Below, one piece after another: positions 22,484-35,531 of a stretch of DNA of 64,000 nucleotides. Position 1 is the first letter of the stretch; each line of letters starts with the position of its first letter. The translations under genes and the position numbers were made by a program. Below the pieces are notes generated by a model, which had not been told where the DNA came from, did no database searches, and saw only the letters and a list, made by a program, of their open reading frames with translations. Source of the DNA: Marsupella aquatica (lineage: Eukaryota > Plantae > Marchantiophyta); NCBI GenBank assembly GCA_973895155.1, contig OZ316892.1, forward strand, positions 16,482,357 through 16,546,356, in the 5' to 3' direction.

Positions 22484-25400
22484 TTGGCTCCTCCACTCAA
22501 AACCCAATATATGAACGAGGTCAACCCACGCCTACTATGGGATAAATTAAAATCAAGATTCGACCATATGTGCGAAGTCTGGCTCCCAGAAGCCCGTCGT
22601 GATTGGTATAACCTGCGAGTGATGGACTACACATCAATAGCCAGCTACAACAGTGCATTATTTAGAATCACATCCCAATTGGAGTTGTGTGGCCATCCGG
22701 TCCCTGATGCAGATATGATCGACAAAACACTAAGCACATTCCCAGAAGCAAATATAGCCCTTGGTACACAGTACAGAAATATGAGATTTACAGTCTACTC
22801 AGACCTCATTGCACATTTACTGGTAGAAGAGAAGCAACAGACCGTTGCCCTGCAGAACGCTAGAAAACGACCTGCAGGATCAGCCCCACCACCACAAAAA
22901 CCAGAAACAAATTATAATATGAGAAACCAAAGGGGACGAGGCAGATCAAGAGGCAGAGGCGGATATCAAGACAGAAGCAGGAATCAAAATCCCAGAGGCC
23001 GAGGAAACCATTTTTCATACAACTCACGGGGTCGAGGAGCAAGCGGCCGAGACAGCAGACGAAACACCCCACCTGATAACATCAGAGAAGATAGGCTGTG
23101 TTACCGGTGTGGTAAAATAGGACACATAACGAAGAACTGTTGGGCATCAGATCAAGCAGCTAAACGACATACAGAAGCAAGGGCCCAATTAAAGCAAAAT
23201 CCAGAAGGCAACTATATGGAGATGGAGGAAGACTTAGCTAACTATCAGGACCCGGAAGAAACACCTACACAACAACCTGAAGAACAGGAGACCCATATGG
23301 TAACACCAGCATCAATACATACCTCATTAGATGACCCCAACCTTGGGATAATTGACAGCGGAACATCACATACAATTCTTAAAGACAAGAAGTACTTCCA
23401 CAGTATCACCTGGCTACACGATCAATGACCACAATTTCGGGTATAAACCAGATAGAAGAAGGTAAGGGAGCCGCAACAGTGACATTCCCACAAGGAACAG
23501 TTATTGATATTGATGCAGCAATCTTTGCCCCACGAGCTACTCGAAATTTGATAAGCTTTCGGGACGTAGTCGCTAATAAATACCAACTGCAAACGGCAAA
23601 GACAGATGAAGAGGACACACTACAAATTTTGGAGATTACCAATGATGGAACCAATATTAAAGAGACATTACCACTCATACCCCCCGGTCTCTATGCGACT
23701 CAAATTACTGTAAATTATTCTACAACTGAATCATCAGAAATAACACACCTATGGCACTACCGACTGGGACACCCAGGAGTAAATATGTACCGGAGAATTA
23801 TCAAGGACTCCAGAGGAATCCCACAAGGAGTCAACCCATCCACAATGAAACAACAATGCTTAGCCTGTTCTCAGGGGAAGCTGATTACAAGACCACCAAT
23901 ACCGAAGATGATCCATGCTATCCCGAATTTTTTGGAACACCTGAACGCAGATGTATGTGGGCCAATACACCCACCCAGTGGACCGTTTAAGTACTTCCTG
24001 GCCATAATTGACTCATCGACTAAATGGTTACAAGTATCCCTCCTTTCTAGTCGAAACTTAGTCTTTGCACGAATCTTAGCCAATATATTAAAACTTAAAG
24101 CACAGTTCCCAGAAAATCCAATCCGGAAACTGAGTGGATGGAGCAGGGGAATTTACCTCCAAAGCATTCGATGATTTCTACTGGACGGCGGGAATTGACA
24201 TAGAATACTCAGTTCCCTACGTCCATTTTCAAAATGGAATTGCCAAATCCGTTATAAAGTGTATCCAAATGATTACTCGACCACTCCTACTGAACTCCAA
24301 GTTACCCCTCTCCACATGGGGACATGCAGTCCTCCACGCCACCACATTGCTGAAGTACAGGCCCTCAGCGTTTAATACCAAAACTCCACACCACTTAGCG
24401 TTTGGATTACCCCCTGACCTGTCACATCTGCGCGTCTTTGGATGCAAAGTGATGGTCCCCATCCTTGGGCCAAAGCGCACTAAAATAGGACCTCAAAGAC
24501 AGGAAGGCATCTACGTTGGCTACGACTCCTCATCCATAATCCGTTACCTGGAACCAACCACTGCAGACCTATTTAAAGCCAAATACGCAGACTATCACTT
24601 CTATGAAGATTCATTCCCCCAGTTACTTACAAAAAAATCATTGACGAGGGATACACCTCCACAAAGCATAAATTGGAACAGTCGAAACTTACTCAACCAG
24701 GACCCGCAAACGAAGCGAGCGGATGAGGAAGTCCGCAGACTACTACACCTCCAAGAAATGTTGGACAAGATCCCCGACGCCTTTAATGATGCAGCCAACG
24801 TTACAAGATCCCATGTAGAGGCAGCAAACATACCAGCTCGAGTACAACCTGCCACAAAATCAGCAATGGAGACCACGGCAAAGAAAAAAAGAGGTAGGCC
24901 ACCAGAATCTAGAGACTCCCGACCACGCCAGAGACTCCCTCATCAGGTACTACCTGAAACCATGATGCATGCTATTACTAATGAACCAGATAGATCTAAC
25001 GTACCAGAGAATGAAGAAATGGCCATCCCATACCAATACATCGGACAAATCTATAAAAGACCCAACACTGTCGTTGATGCACAATTCGCCTATCACATAG
25101 CTCAGCAAATATCAACTGACACTCCGGACCCCCTAACCATTAAAGAAGCACAAGCAAGGTCGGATTGGCCACAGTGGCAAGAGGCCATTAACACTGAAAT
25201 GGATGCATTGATCCGTAGGCATGTCTTTGGCCCGTTAAAACAAGTCCAACCTAACAATGATTACATAGACAGCAGATTCACATTTGTCAGAAAGAGAAAT
25301 GCCAAAGGAGATGTCATTAGATACCGCGCACGCTTAGTAGCGAAAGGCTACACTCAAATCTCGGGAAGGGATTATGATATGACCTATTCACCTGTTATGG

Positions 25401-26910
25401 ATGTGACTACATTCAGGTATCTTATAGCTTTCTCTCGAAAACACCAACTCTGTAATATACTAATGGACGTTGTAACAGCGTACCTATATGGAGTACTAGA
25501 CTCCGAAATTTTCATGAAAGCCCCAAAAGAACTACTCGCAAAGTGACAGAACATGTCCAAGGGAAACATTTCCAGAACTTGAGTAAGGACATGAAGTCGG
25601 GAATACGACAGATTGTACCAGATGAGAAGCTCAAAGGCCTAGTGTTGAGCAGTGGCAACACAAATAAAGATCCACTCCAGCACCCCAGAAAAAGTGGGAC
25701 TGGACAGCAGGCGTTTGCTGTGCAAGTCCTGAAATCCATCAACGGGTTAAAACAAAGTGGACGCATCTGGTACCAGAAGTTTAAAACTGAGATGCAAACC
25801 CTTGGATTTATCAACAACGATATCGCACCGTGCATATTCATCAAACACATCGATACAGAATTCGTCATCCTTGCCCTATACGTCGATGATGTCAACTTAT
25901 TTGGTACTCCACAACTCTTACGCAAAACTATTAATACAATGAAGAGTATTTTCGAGATGAAAGAAATTGGAGAGCCGACATACTGCTTAGGACTACAATT
26001 TGAATACCTGCAAACTAGCACATTTATTAGTCAATCAACCTATACCAAGAAGATCATTCGACAATTTCATATGCACAATGCATATCCTGTGTCCACACCC
26101 ATGGAGATGCGGTCATTGGACACAGCTAAGGACATGTTCAGGCGACGACAGGAGAATGAACCAGCCCTTGACTCGGATAAGCCATACCTATCAGCCATTG
26201 GCGCCCTTCTCTACCTGGCAAACAATACAAGACCGGATATCTCCTTTGCAGTAAGCTTACTGGCACGACACAGTGCACATCCAACTATTCGGCATTGGAA
26301 CGGCGTGAAAAGGGTATTCCACTACCTTCAAGGCTCAATAGATATGGGCCTTTTCTTCCCAAACGACAACCCAGATGAACTCATCGGTTATGCAGATGCG
26401 GGGTACCTCTCTGACCCACAGGACTCGAAGTCACAGACTGGCTATGTTTTCCTGCAAGGAAGAACTGCCATATCCTGGAGGAGTATGAAACAGAGCATGA
26501 CCACAACCTCCTCGAATCACGCAGAAGTCATCTCTCTCTATGAAGCATGTCGTGAGGCGATATGGCTCCGCAGTATTATCAACTATATCCTGAAACAAAC
26601 AGGCAAAACGATATTGACCAAACCAACAATTATTTACGAAGACAATAAAGCATGCGTCGACCAAATTGTTGCAGGCTACATGAAGACAGATCGGACCAAA
26701 CATATTGATCCAAAATTCTTTTTTACGCACAAACAGAGTGGAAACCAGATCCAGGTGAAGTGGATCCGTTCACAAGACAATTGCGCCGATCTTTTTACGA
26801 AGCCCTTACCTACGGGACCCCATCGACAGCACGTTACCGCCATCGGAATGTGTCGACTCTCTACCCTGCTTTCCCCCACTGCCGACGCACCCCACCAAGC
26901 AGATGCTTGA
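22484..26910 (+). pseudogene. Ty1/copia (Bianca-lineage) gag-pol, 5'-truncated and decayed
   Basis: CYRCGKIGHITKNC, IIDSGTSH, LWHYRLGHPG, ADVCGPIHPPSGPFKYF, YRARLVAKGY, LYVDDVNL, SSNHAE, IYEDN, HIDPKFFFTH. SSNHAE and KFFFTH are typical of Bianca RNase H. Confidence 0.92.
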
Positions 26911-27307
26911 AAAACGAAACGAGGACTTCGGAATTTGGGTTTCGACCTTTCCCCCCAACACCTCCCTGTTTACCAAATACCCGACCTAAGCTATACACAT
27001 ATACCTCCAACTTTACACCATTACTTCGATTCAATTAACCGTTCGGGCATAAGACATTATACTTTTAGACATAGTGAACTACTCTTACTCTAAAGTTACC
27101 CTAAATTTTAACATACCTTAGAATTTAACAGGATAATTCATCATATAGAACATACATTTTATGGACCACAAATTCTAATGATGGTAGTACTCTTCCTTGA
27201 GAAGAAAGCAGCAAGTTTTAATGAGGCTACATCAAAAGTGGATTCCACTTTACACTAGGGTTAAAAGTGTGGTTACTTGACACCACGTCCAATTAACCAA
27301 GGGGAAG

Positions 27308-27447
27308 TGTCATAAACCATAGTTTACTTTAACCCTAGACTAGAGTAGGTTAACCTTAACCCAATATGTTAACCTCTTAGGACTATATAAGTCCTTGATA
27401 TAATGGAAGTGTGTGGAAGATTACAATCATCTACTTTGTTTACAACA
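27308..27447 (+). repeat. 3' LTR of the Bianca-like element (140 bp)
   Basis: PPT AAGGGGAAG (27299-27307), then TGTCATAA...TTACAACA. No 5' LTR is present to confirm the boundaries. Confidence 0.7.
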
Positions 27448-27845
27448 GATCATTTGAATTCCAATGGAATAGTTTACAATATGATCAATATAATTCAGAC
27501 AAAACAAGAACTCATAATTGATGACTGTAGGATGAGATAACTGAAAGCACATGCATGATACTATGAATCTCCAAGAGGACATGATTCTTGTACTCCTTGA
27601 CATCTAAAATCTACATAACATGACTCACACTACGAACAAATAATGGCATGACATTGTTATGGATCCTCTATGAACTTGCTTGGCCATAATACCAAAGAAC
27701 CTGCAGCATCTCCAAGTGTCTTTTGAGGAGGATCATCATTTGTGTTTGGAATGGGAAGGACAGCTTTAGGTTTCACTAGTAATGTGACTAACACTACTGA
27801 ATAACCTGGGGGAATCCTCTTGCCATGGAACGTTGTGGAACCAAC

Positions 27846-30750
27846 CTACACTCTGCCAAATCCTACTCGTGTTCCACTCTCATCAACAACTAACAAGCCA
27901 CTTTGTCCCTCAGCATTAGGTGCTTTCCCTACTTCCACCTTAGATCTTTCTGCCAGCACCGTTCTTGGAGGTTTGTATGAAACCTTTGACGTGGCTCTGC
28001 TCCCACCAGCATACTTGCTTCGTGTGCGCATGCTTCCTCTCTTCATAGTAGTGAAGCTACGCTCAGTAGGTTCCTCTGTTAGGACTGTCACAGCAACAGG
28101 TTCACCACCAAGGAGTGTCATACCAACTAACTCTTTGGTTGGATTTATCTCAACAAGAGGCACACCTGTCATTGAGAATGATGATACATTCTGCAAATCA
28201 TTTATCTCTGCAATGGAGTCAAAATCTACATAGCATGAATCTGGCTCAATGGTATCATTGTCATGCTTGCTGATATCCTCATTTGCCCCAACATTGATAT
28301 CATCCACTCCCTTGCCAATGTCATCCTCATCCAAACATGGTTGACTGCCCTCTGTCAAACAAGTTGCTTGTACAGACTGCAACTTTGTTGCCTCTAAATT
28401 ACAGCGAGTATTTGCCAGGTTCTCATACTTCTTCTCTGCAGCACCTGTCTTATTCTCTATGGACACAACAACCACAATATATGTTACTGAAAATAACACA
28501 TTCAACAAACTATGTCAATTCAAACTATACATTTACTAATCATATCCCACACAGTTGTAAAGGCCTTACCTTCAAGCCTACATGTCGTTGGCATGCCAGA
28601 AGAGTGCATCGACTTTGCCACCTCAAGTGGTGATGGTGGAACTCCTGCAGAATTGGAATCAATTTTATCTCTCACCGACACAACAGCTTCCATTAATATC
28701 TTGAAGTTCACATGGAACAAGTCAATCAATGAATTCAAACGTTCATTGATCTCTGGAAGACATGTTTTGACAGCCTTCAAATAACCACTTATCTCTGTAA
28801 GTGAAGATCCACCTCCCTAATGACACAAGGGTATAGGTTCAATCACTCCATATGAAATGTTGGGCAATATATGCACAATCAATGTTATATACAGTGTACA
28901 CCTGAAATTCAACGCAGGTCATTCAATTACCAATCAGAACTCATATAACTTACATGCTTGGAGGATTCAGATGCACCCTCTTGAGCCCGGGTGTTCACAA
29001 TTTTAGCCCTCAACTCTTCTTTTGAAGGGCTTTGCCCCAATTGGGCTTTCTGCACATGCATGGCAAACACAAGTTATCATTATTATTCAGGGAACGTACA
29101 CTAAAAAACAAAGTGAACAGTACATAGTGTAGCATAAATTACATACCTAGGCCATTGATTCTTACCAAACATTTTGCTGTCGGTGCAGTGCCGGTCCTTC
29201 CTATCAGATTAGGGTTCTGAACACTCAACCTGGCCTCGGTCATCTGTGAACTCTTCTTTTTCGAAGCATCTGTTACAAAATAAGCTACTAACCTTGCCCA
29301 CACTTTATCATCACAACTGGCTGGTGGAGGCATATCTGGCTTCTCCCCACCTTCCTTCCAAGCCTTATGCATTCTCCACCTCTCTTGCTTGATGATTTTA
29401 CCTGCTATACTCTCTAGGCAACCTATGTCCACGCCATCATCATTGCCCACATAATTCCATTTGGCAGCAACATTTTCACATACAGTCTTCCAATCTTTTG
29501 GATGCTATTTTTTAAAATTAATAACACTCACATCTAACCAACGCAATACTTCAGCTTTCAAATCAGCATGCCATCGGTTCTTGCGAGGACACTCAGCATC
29601 CACCCATTGTCTCTCATTCAACTTTACATTCCCTTTCTTTGTCACCTCCCCTTGTGCACTACTCTCGGTAGTACTGGGCGTTGTATTGGCCACCCCTTCA
29701 TTCACCCTACCTGGGGTTCTGAAGCCACCTGGGAAAATACAATGCCATTCATGCTTGAGAACTACATACAGCAGAATGGATGACGGCAACATTCAATGCT
29801 TCACTTCAAGAAAAATTCTTCAAACATACATACTTGTAGCTCTGCCTATAGATGCCTGTGCAGGGACTGCACTCTGGAATTGTTGCGACCCTGGACCACC
29901 TGTCCAGTCTAGTACAGGGGCCGGATGATGTCACTTTCTAGGTATGTGTGTGCAAACATATATACTGAAAACTAAGTACAAACTGTAGGAAAACAACTGA
30001 ACATTCACCGACATACCTGGCCCCCTTCCGTGCTGCATCTGCATAGGGGCATTAGTGAATATTTGAGTTGATGGTTCCACTGTCCAACCTGCACACATAC
30101 ATTTTCATTCATTATACATGTGTAGAATCCCCCCCACATGAATGGACTCCAGATATAATGAGTTCTTCCATTGCTGACAAGATCAGACATTACCTGCCCC
30201 TCTTCCAGCATTTGTAGGTACTGTATTTTGATATCCCTGCCAATTACCTTCACCACCTTCCCAACCTTGTTCATTCCACGACCCACCACCATCCTCCCAA
30301 CCTGGTTCAACCCATGTTTGTCCTTGTGGACATTGGAACTGATCATTACCAACATTTGCCCAATCAGGTTGGGCAGAATCTGCATGCAATGGTAGGTGGA
30401 CAGAATTTCATGTTGTTTGAATCCAATACATCCCAAACAATGTCAAAAATTGATATGCAGTCTGAAATTCAGGAGTGCCATGCCTTCACAAAGTACTGGC
30501 ATATAGATATACACTCACATCCCCATGGTTGAGGTGGACGTCCATACCCACAAGACTGTGGGTTTGGACCTGCTCTGCCTCTACCACGGGCATAACCGGG
30601 AGCTTGCCCCCTGCCATAGTATTGGGCACCAGCCTGGGATCTACCACTACTACCACCTCGCCAACCTTGATCAGAGGTCAGCCCCCCCTGCTGGTATGGT
30701 GCATGCACAGGCTTTGAAGGCAAAACAAAATTGGTAGGACGCTGCATCAC
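27846..30750 (-). pseudogene. CACTA/En-Spm TnpA-like (Transposase_24-like) multi-exon gene
   Basis: Core at 29139-29640: RWHADLKAEVLRWLDVS...KQERWRMHKAW...PPASCDDKVWARLVAYFVTDASKKKSSQMTEARLSVQNPNLIGRTG. It is flanked by short exon-like ORFs on the same strand. Confidence 0.62.
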
Positions 30751-32812
30751 ATCACCAACTACAATGTCAGGAACTAAGCAAGGTACATATGTGTAGTACT
30801 GAACATATGAAACCTAGCCCAGCTAGACAGAAGTCACTCAGATCCACAAAAAAGTGAAGATCCACCTCCAAGCCGGAGCTCGATCACTTCAGTAGAGCAG
30901 CTTCTGGATGGAACCAACTCTACTTAGCCCCACAGAACACAAATGTTAAGGCTCCAAGTCAGAGCTCACTTCAGCCGAGGTGGACATCGCAGCTAGACCA
31001 TTCAGTATAGGCAGTATGGAGCCTGAGACTACACTCATTGTTCAGAATTGAGGTGATGAAAGTGAGTTGGGATCAGTGGAAACAATGAGAGGGGAAAAAA
31101 TTCTGACCAAATCGCACCTCTATAATCAGAGAGCTTCTATTTCTAGGGAACTCAATCATTGACCAGAGTAATATGGCCCACATTTAATTAGACTATGACA
31201 GACTCTTCCTCTGCAGACTCAAACTCAAGGAACCCCCACGGATGCCAGCATATACACGAGCTAGAAGCAAGAAGACAAGTCGCAATCTAGCATCTTGACC
31301 AAACACATTCTTCTCGGCGATAGTAACTGCAAGCAAGGGGGAGACAGGGACAATAAGGAGAATAGGGAGGCAACTCATAATGGAGCTAGGTAGCTCATGA
31401 TCGAGCAACTCGCAATTGTAGCAACAGTAGTCTTAGCAACAGGCGATTGAGCTCCAGAAAATGACAAACCCACAGCTGAGTCCTCAACTAACAAAATGTT
31501 TGCCACTCGACCCTCCTTCCAACTGCAACCGCCAGATAGTAGGAATAAGATAGAGAGGTTGCGGCATTCTCAGTGATCCAATAGCACCTCTCTTACCACC
31601 TCCTCTCTTAGCACATCCGCTCGCACCTCCGCCCTCAGCACCTCCACTTGCACCTCCGCTCTCAGCACCTCCGCTCCTCACCTCCGCTCTCAGCACCTCC
31701 GCTCTCAGCACCTCCGCTTGCACCGCCGCCCAAACTGAAGCTACGTAGCAATCCTCAGCAGTGTGTGACAGAAGCTGTACTCCACTCCAACTCCACTCCA
31801 ACTCCTCTCCGCTCGTAGCTCCTTGGCCAGACCGGCGGCCAGAGCAGCTCCCAAATTGCAGCTCCTGCCCGCCCACAGCTCCTCCCAGTCCTAGAGCTCG
31901 TCGCCCACTACAGCTCACCTCTCCACTCCGCAAGCCGGTCGCCCTCTCAGCTTGAATGCTCTAGACCTTCAAGCTCCAAGCGCAAAACTTCCCTACGCGA
32001 AGGAACTGCCCCGATCGCAAAGCACACTCCCCACTTCGTGAGACCGCGCACAATGTGCCGACCTTCAGGCACGACGAATGTCCCCGTAATGGACAAGCAA
32101 GTTTTTCAGAAACAAAAACCTCCGAGTTCCCACGCACATTGAACTGAACTTTGCACTCTGTTGGCGTGTTTAAACCCTAAACAAAACCCGCGCACCCTAA
32201 ACTCGTGTCCAAAGGCACACTCACGCACAAAGCATACCTTAACACTTAGTGAACCAAACCCAATGAGCCTTGACCACTTTGCGTTGACATGAGCCGTTGA
32301 TACACATGTTAGTACCCTAAAGCAAATTGGACACGATACTTTGTGAGCAAAGATTAAATGAACACAACTGTAACCCCTTAGAACGCAACTGTAAATTAAC
32401 CTTTACACATGCCACTTAGGGAGGGTGGACAAAGAATGGGGGCCAGACACTACTTTAGCCCTGAATTGGAAATGATGTCACCCCAATTAATATTCTTGTC
32501 AAAGTTGCCCATGAACTCTAAGGAATCCATTGAGCAGCATAAGACTTACTATTATAGAGGCAAGTACTACCATGCACGTTTAATTAGGCTAGGATAACTA
32601 CAATGCTCTTGTCACGAAGACATTTAACTAGTTCTGCAACCCACCCACCCCCATTCCTTCTATGTGAACCTAGTGCTCCTGACTCCGCAAGTTGCAAGTC
32701 AAGGGTTGTAAATGGAACATTCCGTGATATCTAGAGTGCATGTACCCCTTCTTGCACTCTATTTCAGAATGCCATAATGAAGAGTAGCTTATTCAACTTA
32801 CATATGACTGCC

Positions 32813-32821
32813 CTACTAGTG
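32813..32821 (-). mobile_element. Possible CACTA terminus upstream of the TnpA-like gene
   Basis: CTACTAGTG reads CACTAGTAG on the minus strand. A partner end and TSD are not established. Confidence 0.4.
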
Positions 32822-33104
32822 TTACAATTGCTACTTTATCAGAAGTTGTAGGAATGACTTTCACAAATATCCCCCAAAAATCAGTTGATAAAATGTAACA
32901 ACAATGACTCCCCTAAACTTGGAGTCATGTATTTTTGAAAGTCTCCCTAAAGTCACAAAGCATAGGGTCTCAAAAGGGGACGTTTTCTTCTAGTGGGAAG
33001 AGAGTGATCAAGAAGATTTTGGAAGAAAAGAAAAAAGTGACAAGATCCTTGAGGATAGAGTTACCAAGTGTCTTCAGGCTGTCCTTTCAAAAGAAGGAGA
33101 GTTT

Positions 33105-33345
33105 TTGGGTAAGGATGTGACTAGGTACTTGAGGGCTTATTGGAAGCAAGTTGAGGTCTTCAAGATTGACCAGGCAACAGCTGTGTTAGAATTTTCTACC
33201 CTTGTTGAGCCAGAACTGAAAAACACAGTTGCAAACCTAGCTGTAGGTCTTGAGGAGGAGGATGAGTGGACTGGTTTTGTTAAGAGGATGAAACATCGTT
33301 TCTTGATGTCTGATAGTGAGAGGATGAGAGAAGCAACTTTCCTTG
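33105..33345 (+). pseudogene. Ty3/gypsy gag fragment
   Basis: GKDVTRYLRAY...FSTLVEPELK...WTGFVKRMKHRFLMSDSERMREATFLD resembles the N-terminus of non-seed-plant gypsy gag. It is mirrored at 39175-39415. Confidence 0.55.
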
Positions 33346-33349
33346 ATTG

Positions 33350-35531
33350 CCCCTATTGGAGTTGGACTTGAGGAAGCCAAGCACTTAAATATTGCGGCCT
33401 GTTTCTTTAGCCGCTTTGTTTGGTTGTCGGCTCGTCGTTGTAAGTTCTCCATCTTCCGCGTGCTTTCCTCCAACTCCTCCTGCAATTTGTCCAGGTCCTT
33501 GCGCGCCTCCTCCAGCTCCTTTTGGGCTTCCTCCAACTCTCTGTGGGCTTCCTCCAACTCCTTCTTTAAGGTAGCCCTCTCCTCAGCATCTGTTGTTGTC
33601 CTTTTTGGCCTTGTGGCCCTTTTGCCTTGGGCCTGCTGGTTCCCTCATCCATGGGGTTCACGCGGAATAAAGATGAAATATTTAAATTTAAAAAAAAAGA
33701 AAAAAAAGAGAAAAAAAGGTAGCCCTCTCCTCCTGGGTTGCTCTCAGCTCCTTGTCGAGCTCCGTTACCTCCTTTTGTTCAAGGGCTCCGCGGATATCCT
33801 CGAGCTCCCCCTTCAACGCCCTCTCCCTTCTCTGGGTTTCCGCCATGGCCCGGTTGTTGGCTGCTATGTGGGCCTCCTCTGCGTCCCTCAGCTCTTGCTT
33901 CCACTCTCCCTCTCCTTGATTGCATCGGCCAACTCTCCTTGGGTCCGAATTAGTTTATCCTTGATAATCTGATTATCAGACTGCGCGGTATCCAATTGCC
34001 CCTGCATGATGTTTAGCTCATGCCGCTTAATTTGCAGCTCATCTTGGGCTTTCTTGGCCGCCTTCAGGTCTTCTACCTTGGCTTCCCTTGCCCTAAGCCG
34101 ACGGATGACCTCGTCCTTCTTGCCTCTCTCCAAAGCCACTGCTTCTTCTAATCGGCGCTTCTCCAACATCTCCCTCTGGAAAAAGGGTCCCTGCTCCAAC
34201 TCCTCCCCAAAGATGTTGAGCGCAAGTTCCCCACACATCTCCCCGTACTCCATGGCTCTTTCTTTAGCATAGGCGGAGTGAGTAGAAGTCATCGGCATCA
34301 ACCATCGCGGTGGCCTTTATTCCCAAGCCGCCTTGCGGATTTCTTCTATTGTGGCTAGAGGGCTGCTTCATTTTTTTGCAAGCCGCCTTATGTGCTCTAG
34401 CCATTCTCCCCCTGGTAAATCTTTCTCCGTAGCCAGGGCTACCTTCTCTTCCTCCCTGAGTCGCTCCTGAAACTCTTGTGCCATCTGGTTTATGCCGTCA
34501 AAGCTCAAGGGAGCGATATCTGGTGGGGGAGACTCGAGGCTGCTATGCTGGGTGGGGTCCCCTCGAACTACTCTTGGAAGAGTGGGGATGAACCTGCCAC
34601 AGGTCCTTACTCCTGGAACATGATGGTCCGACCCGTAGCCGGAGTCATCATGTTCATACCCTTCTACTGCCTCCTCTGCAGCTTGGACTACCGGCTCCCC
34701 CGCTGCTCTCCTGGTTTTGCCGTGAACACGGCCTCACAGATCACGGGTCCTGGTTCCTCCGGCTCCCATGTTGATCTCTTCTTCTCCCTGTCGCGACCAG
34801 GAGCCGGCTGTTTTTCCTCGGCTTCGGGACTTGAGGCTCCTACATACATTCGGACTCCCGGCTCGTGTTCCGGCCTCCTTCTCTCCTTGATCCTGGTAAA
34901 GGGGTTTTCCGTGGTAAGTTGACTTAGGCCAACTTCGGGTGCAGTATTCTGTACCGGTCCCGTTGCCGTTGCCGTTGCCGTTCTCCTTTCCTTCTCCAGC
35001 AATTTCAGCAGATTCAGCATGCCTGGTTGTTGCATCGGCAAGTCCTCCTTCCTCGATCTAAACACCTGCTCGATTGTAGGACTGTCGGGCTGGGTCGGTT
35101 TCTCTGTTGCCGGCCTCGGTTCCGGAACCTCCTCTGGTGCTCTTGCCTGCAGGGGATGTACCGGGGCGAATATCTGACTTCGGGCATACTGGCACAACAG
35201 CGGCATATGATAGCCAAGCCGGGACACGCTTCCCTTGCCGATCACCTGCTGTTCCTCCTTCAAGATTTTCTTCAATTGGGTGAGGAGGTATCCGTTGTAG
35301 TCCCGGCTCGGGTCTGGCCTCTCCGCTAGGTAAACCTGTGCCTTGCAGATCTCTGGCCTTGGCAAGTTGCAATGCATGGTTACCTGCAAGAAATCAATTA
35401 TCTCTCCTATGTGCGGGTTGGTGCAGGTGTTCCAAAAGAAGCCATTAATTCTTCGTTGATGGCCCTGGGAACGATTGGAACTCCTTGTCGGGCAAGGTCT
35501 TCCGGGTATCTACTTTGGTCTTATTGCCCGT
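33350..35531 (-). mobile_element. Middle fragment of LTR family A with coiled-coil ORFs
   Basis: 33350-33480 matches 61283-61405 and 35450-35531 matches 61410-61490. The ~1.9 kb in between is missing from the solo copy. Confidence 0.75.

Larger units (their letters stand above)
29640..33643 (+). repeat. Left arm of a ~4.0-kb inverted duplication
   Basis: Reverse complement of 38877-42878. The mirrored ORF translations are nearly identical. Confidence 0.95.

Noticed and set aside
31484-31933. Gly/Ala-rich ORF (mirrored at 40585-41034) as a real protein
   Set aside because: It is explained by a 15-bp tandem repeat (CTCAGCACCTCCGCT) that lacks stops, and it has no recognisable domain.
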